Positions 57,020-60,740 of a stretch of DNA of 60,740 nucleotides are shown here, in pieces. This stretch comes from Spirogloea muscicola. Lineage: Eukaryota. The stretch is taken from NCBI GenBank assembly GCA_009602725.1, contig WELB01000023.1, forward strand, positions 669,331 through 730,070. Direction: 5' to 3'. The first letter of the stretch is position 1. Each line of letters begins with the position of its first letter. The translations under genes and the position numbers were made by a program. The notes under the pieces are model-generated. The model was given only the letters and a program-made list of their open reading frames with translations. It was not told where the DNA came from and searched no databases.

Positions 57020-57912
57020 GCACAAGGGTGGCTACAAGCAGACCTCTTCTGTGGTTGTGGGCACCTCGGACTCATCTTGTACAGTTGTTGACATGGTGAT
57101 GCTAGTTACTGGGAGGGGTTTTGCGTGGAGAGCGTTGTTGACATGGTGACGCCAAAAACTGGGGCGGTTTCGGCGTTGGTTACGACTACAGTAAGGGGTG
57201 GGCTGACGCACGACCAGCAAGTGGGGCATTACGTGCTCCGCCAGGCATGAGAGGTCAAGGCAGGTCCCAGCCGCAGCTGTGCCAGCAGCCATGCGGCGGC
57301 AATGGGAGCAACCGAAGGGATTCTGCGACGGCAGCGTCGGTTTGTCCTCGGAGCTACCTCGGCCCTCGGGCTCGCCGTGGGCCACAGGGTGCCCCTTCCA
57401 CGGGCTTCTCTCGGAGCTCGCCATGGCTTCCGATCGGCGTCTCCGAGGCGCGCCCGCCTTCGGGGCCCCGTGTTCATGGCGGAGGAGCAAAGAATCCAGA
57501 CCCGCGTCGGATCAACCGATACCCGTTCTCACAGGGCCATTAGTCAGTGCCGTCTTCTTTCGGCCTTGTCCAACGGAGACGACGGCGGCCTCCGCGAGAC
57601 GGCGGAGGGTGCCGGAAGCGGGACAACTCTGCACTATAGCAAATTTCTCAGAGCCCCCGGTCGGGCTGGCCGAGGCCAGGCCGCCAGCCCCCTCCCCCGC
57701 CCTTGGTCGGGCGACTCGAGGGCCACCCGCCATGGCCGCCGCCGCCGCCGCCTCCGCGGCGCCGCCATTGCCGCCAGGAGCCGCCATTTCCGCCGCCGCC
57801 GCCGCCGGCGTTGCCGCAACTTCCGCCGTTGCTGCCAGGGCGAGCCTTCGGNTTTTTTTTTNNNNNNNNNNNNNNNNNNNNNNNNNNACCGAGCTCCGCG
57901 CTCGCCGCTGGC

Positions 57913-59392
57913 ATGGCGCCGCCGGCGCGGCGCCGGAGCCCTCCGCCGCCACTCGCGGCGCTGCTGCCTCTGCTGCCGCTTCTGGCGGCGGGCGGCGCAG
58001 CCGGGAAAGCCACTGCGGCCGCGTCGTGGCTGGGAGACGACTTCAAGCTGTCCCGAACGCCTTTCGGCATGTCCATGGCCAACTACAGCGCCGACGGCGG
58101 CGTCATCCTGTCCATCCGCGAAGCCGCGCCGGGTGAGCGCCGCCACAGCAGCGCCCGACGAGCTCCGATGGCGCCTCGGAAGCCGCGCTGGCCACTGACG
58201 GCTGCTCTTGCTGCGGCGCCGGCCGGCAGCCTCGCAGTTCATCTCCAAGTCGTCGTACAAGTACGGCGTGTTCACCATGATCGCCAAGCTCATGCCCGGC
58301 TACTCCGCCGGCGTCTGCGCCACCTTCTTCGTGAGCCCTCGCTGCTGCTTGCTACCTCTGCGTCGCGGCCGTCGCTCCATTGGCGTCCTCTAGCATAAGC
58401 CGATGGTGCTCGTGTCAAAGTCAGACGCTGGCTGACACACGCGCCACTGTTTTGTTCGGCAGCTCATGTCGGCTGAGTACGCCAACCGAGACGAGTGGGA
58501 CTTCGAGTTCCTCGGCAACACGCAGGGCAAGGGCATCCAGATCCAGGTAGCCTGGCGTCTGTCGTCGCAGCGGCGGCCCATTGGTGAATGTTGTTAGCCA
58601 GCGGCTGTGGATAGTCAAGATGCACCTCGACCAGCGCAACTGCTGGACTTGGAGTGGCGAGTCTGTCAGGGGGTCTGGATGTTAAGAGCAAACTGGAGCT
58701 TGCAGACCAACTGGTGGGCGGGTGGCATTGGAGAGCACGAGGAGCGCATCGACCTCTGGTTCGATCCGTCGGCCGCCTTCCACAACTATACCATCGACTG
58801 GTCGCCCACACGCACTGTGTGAGCTATTCTCCTCGTGTGCATGCAGCTTGAGGCTTCCAGCAGGACGTTGACTAAATACTTTGATGAGCTCAAAGTGGAT
58901 ACAAGAAATGCAGAATAGCTCAGAGTATGCAATTGGTGAAACTCGGTGATTCTTCTCCAGTTGGCCAACTGTCAACGTACTGGCAATTATGATCATTGAT
59001 TCACAGCTCTTTGGCATGACGTAGTTGGACCGTTGATGGGAAGAAGATTCGGCAGGTGAGCAAGGTAACTGGGCAGCCGTATCCAGAGCAGCACATGGAC
59101 GTGCTGGGCAGCATCTGGGACGCATCAGGGTGGGCAACAGGGCCTGCGGACAACCGCATCCCCATCGACTGGAATTACCAGGTGACGGAGGAGCCTCTCT
59201 CACAATTTACCAAGTTCAATGACCTGTCAGTACGATTTTGTGGAGGGTCCTTAGCTGCAGCTGCCACTGCATGTGTTTGACTCCTGAGCTAATATACTGC
59301 CCTCCTTGCAGCCGTTCTCCGTCCACTACAAGCAGTTTCATTGCAAGGAACACGAAAGTATGGGACGGCAGGCGCAGAAGGTCCGTGGATGA
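57913..59392 (+). CDS. XTH: Xyloglucan endotransglucosylase/hydrolase-like GH16 protein with signal peptide
   Basis: Exons 57913-58132, 58230-58330, 58463-58546, 58706-58818, 59025-59181, 59312-59392. Catalytic DEWDFEFLGN; SAGVCATFF, EERIDLWFDPSAAFHNYTIDW, SIWDASGWAT, IDWNYQPF. The 3' end is uncertain. Confidence 0.88.
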
Positions 59393-59825
59393 GCAAGCCT
59401 GAGAACCAGAACGTGCTCTTGAAGCTATTTGCTTTAGTGTGACAGCTTTTAGTACTCCCTATCCAGTGTGTGTCAGGCCAACAACTGGCCCCTGACTCTC
59501 GAGACCATTCATTTGCGCAATACCTTCGTGTTCACAAGCTACAGTGCATGGAAAGGACAATCAAAATGTACACCTCAATGTTTTTGCCGCAAATGGGCGG
59601 CAAAAGGTAGACTGCTCCATCTTGCTGGAGGCACTTCGCCCACCTGTTGTCGGTGTAAAGTCTCGTGTCGTGATTGTCTGGTTGCCATTCTGTGGCAAAC
59701 AATTCTGTGTTACACAATCAAGCCTAGCTTCACAGTCTTGATGATTGGGAATTCTGGGGGGTAAGCAACTGTGTTGCAGCAGCCTCATGTCCGGCCTCAA
59801 GGCTCAGCCCCGCAAGAAGGTGTAG

Positions 59826-60740
59826 TCAAGGCTTGTCAAGCTGCTGCAAGACCTTGCTGGGCCCCTCGAGTTTGCCAGTGCTGACCGCATCAGTGGCGCT
59901 GGCGCGGCGCAGCGAGGGGAAGAGCCGCGGTCGGAAGAAGCACCACATCTGCCACCAGAGCCAGAGGCCAGAGCCGGCAAAGATGGACATGCTGAGCACA
60001 AGCCCAAGGGCAATGCCCATCTCGGTCGAGTGCACCGCGCACCAGCGCTTCACATCTCGTAGGCGGCCCCGCAGGCTCGCATCCTCGACCGCCCAGCCGT
60101 CATCGTGCGCCAGCCAGCCTGCGTGCGACCGCCGCACCCGTTGCTGGCTGCCCGGCGCCACCTGCCTGCTGCTGCCGGCATGGAGAATGTCCAGCCCCGA
60201 CGCGCAATCGTCGTCCAGAAGGCTCACGGCCATCCCCGGCTCCTCGTCCTGGCCGGCGGCGGCCCGTCGGCGCTTGCGGCTGACGCGCCGGCCCACCCGC
60301 TGGCTCCGCATGCCGAGGCTGACGTAGACGCACGTGTCGCCCTCGCCCTCGCTGGCGGTGTCGGAGTACGGCCCCTGCACGACCGCATCCAGCGCCGTGG
60401 CCGGCGACGAGAAGTCGTCCTGGGCGTGCGAGCCCGCCAGGTCCGCGGCGGACCGCCAGCACTCGGACGACCCCGAGCTGGCGCTGCGCGCCTGCGCCAC
60501 CCAGTCCCTGTCGGGCTCCTGCGCCCCGAAGACGTTCCTGGGCACCGTCGGATGGTTGGCCGGCGCCGACGCGGCGGCCTTGCCGCCGTCGTCGGAGACG
60601 AGGGCCTTGGCCACGGCGGCGGAAGGCGCGGCGGCGGAGCCCCACAAGCCCCTCCCGGATGCGGCGCCGCGGCCCCCGGGGTCACGCAGGGCGCCGCTGA
60701 GAGGCCCGATGGCGAGGCCGCCGCCGCTGCCTGGCGGCGC
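59826..60740 (-). CDS. Partial ORF, unknown protein with C-proximal transmembrane segment
   Basis: Frame open from the window end to the stop at 59826. Hydrophobic IALGLVLSMSIFAGSGLWLWW segment after an acidic/disordered region. Confidence 0.55.
   Translation of the reverse strand, partial: APPGSGGGLAIGPLSGALRDPGGRGAASGRGLWGSAAAPSAAVAKALVSDDGGKAAASAPANHPTVPRNVFGAQEPDRDWVAQARSASSGSSECWRSAADLAGSHAQDDFSSPATALDAVVQGPYSDTASEGEGDTCVYVSLGMRSQRVGRRVSRKRRRAAAGQDEEPGMAVSLLDDDCASGLDILHAGSSRQVAPGSQQRVRRSHAGWLAHDDGWAVEDASLRGRLRDVKRWCAVHSTEMGIALGLVLSMSIFAGSGLWLWWQMWCFFRPRLFPSLRRASATDAVSTGKLEGPSKVLQQLDKP

Overview
Eukaryotic, intron-rich, gene-dense nuclear DNA from a green-lineage organism. A streptophyte alga is most likely, with Zygnematophyceae inferred from an XTH-type GH16, a DRM1/ARP gene, a PP2-type F-box gene and a PSTALRE CDKB. 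Manually spliced genes, in order: 3' exon of an O-fucosyltransferase-family gene; aldose/glucose-6-phosphate 1-epimerase; DUS2; a UBZ-zinc-finger/histidine-phosphatase (PGAM-like) fusion; DRM1/ARP; starch branching enzyme I; plastid SecA; F-box/PP2; CDKB; TspO; PP2C; a NUMOD3-motif protein; XTH-like GH16; and a partial membrane-protein ORF. First exons and promoters are extremely GC-rich with (CCG)n tracts and assembly gaps. The most striking unannotated signal is at least 12 very short, 5'-truncated 3' ends of a CRE-like (restriction-like endonuclease) non-LTR retrotransposon family. They share the protein tail RL[SA]xxLQRS..A.A[LI]..RAG.A...S.SDL..L[ST]RG[YH]*, subfamily-specific 3' UTRs (a conserved stem-loop in A-type copies), CT-rich ends and 7-27 bp target-site duplications. 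They are piled head-to-tail or nested in intergenic, promoter-proximal clusters. Also present: a decayed Ty1/copia RT-RNaseH, a DIRS/Ngaro-like gag zinc-finger ORF, three GC-AG introns and recurring G-box/ABRE motifs. All identifications are by motif recognition; no database search was run.
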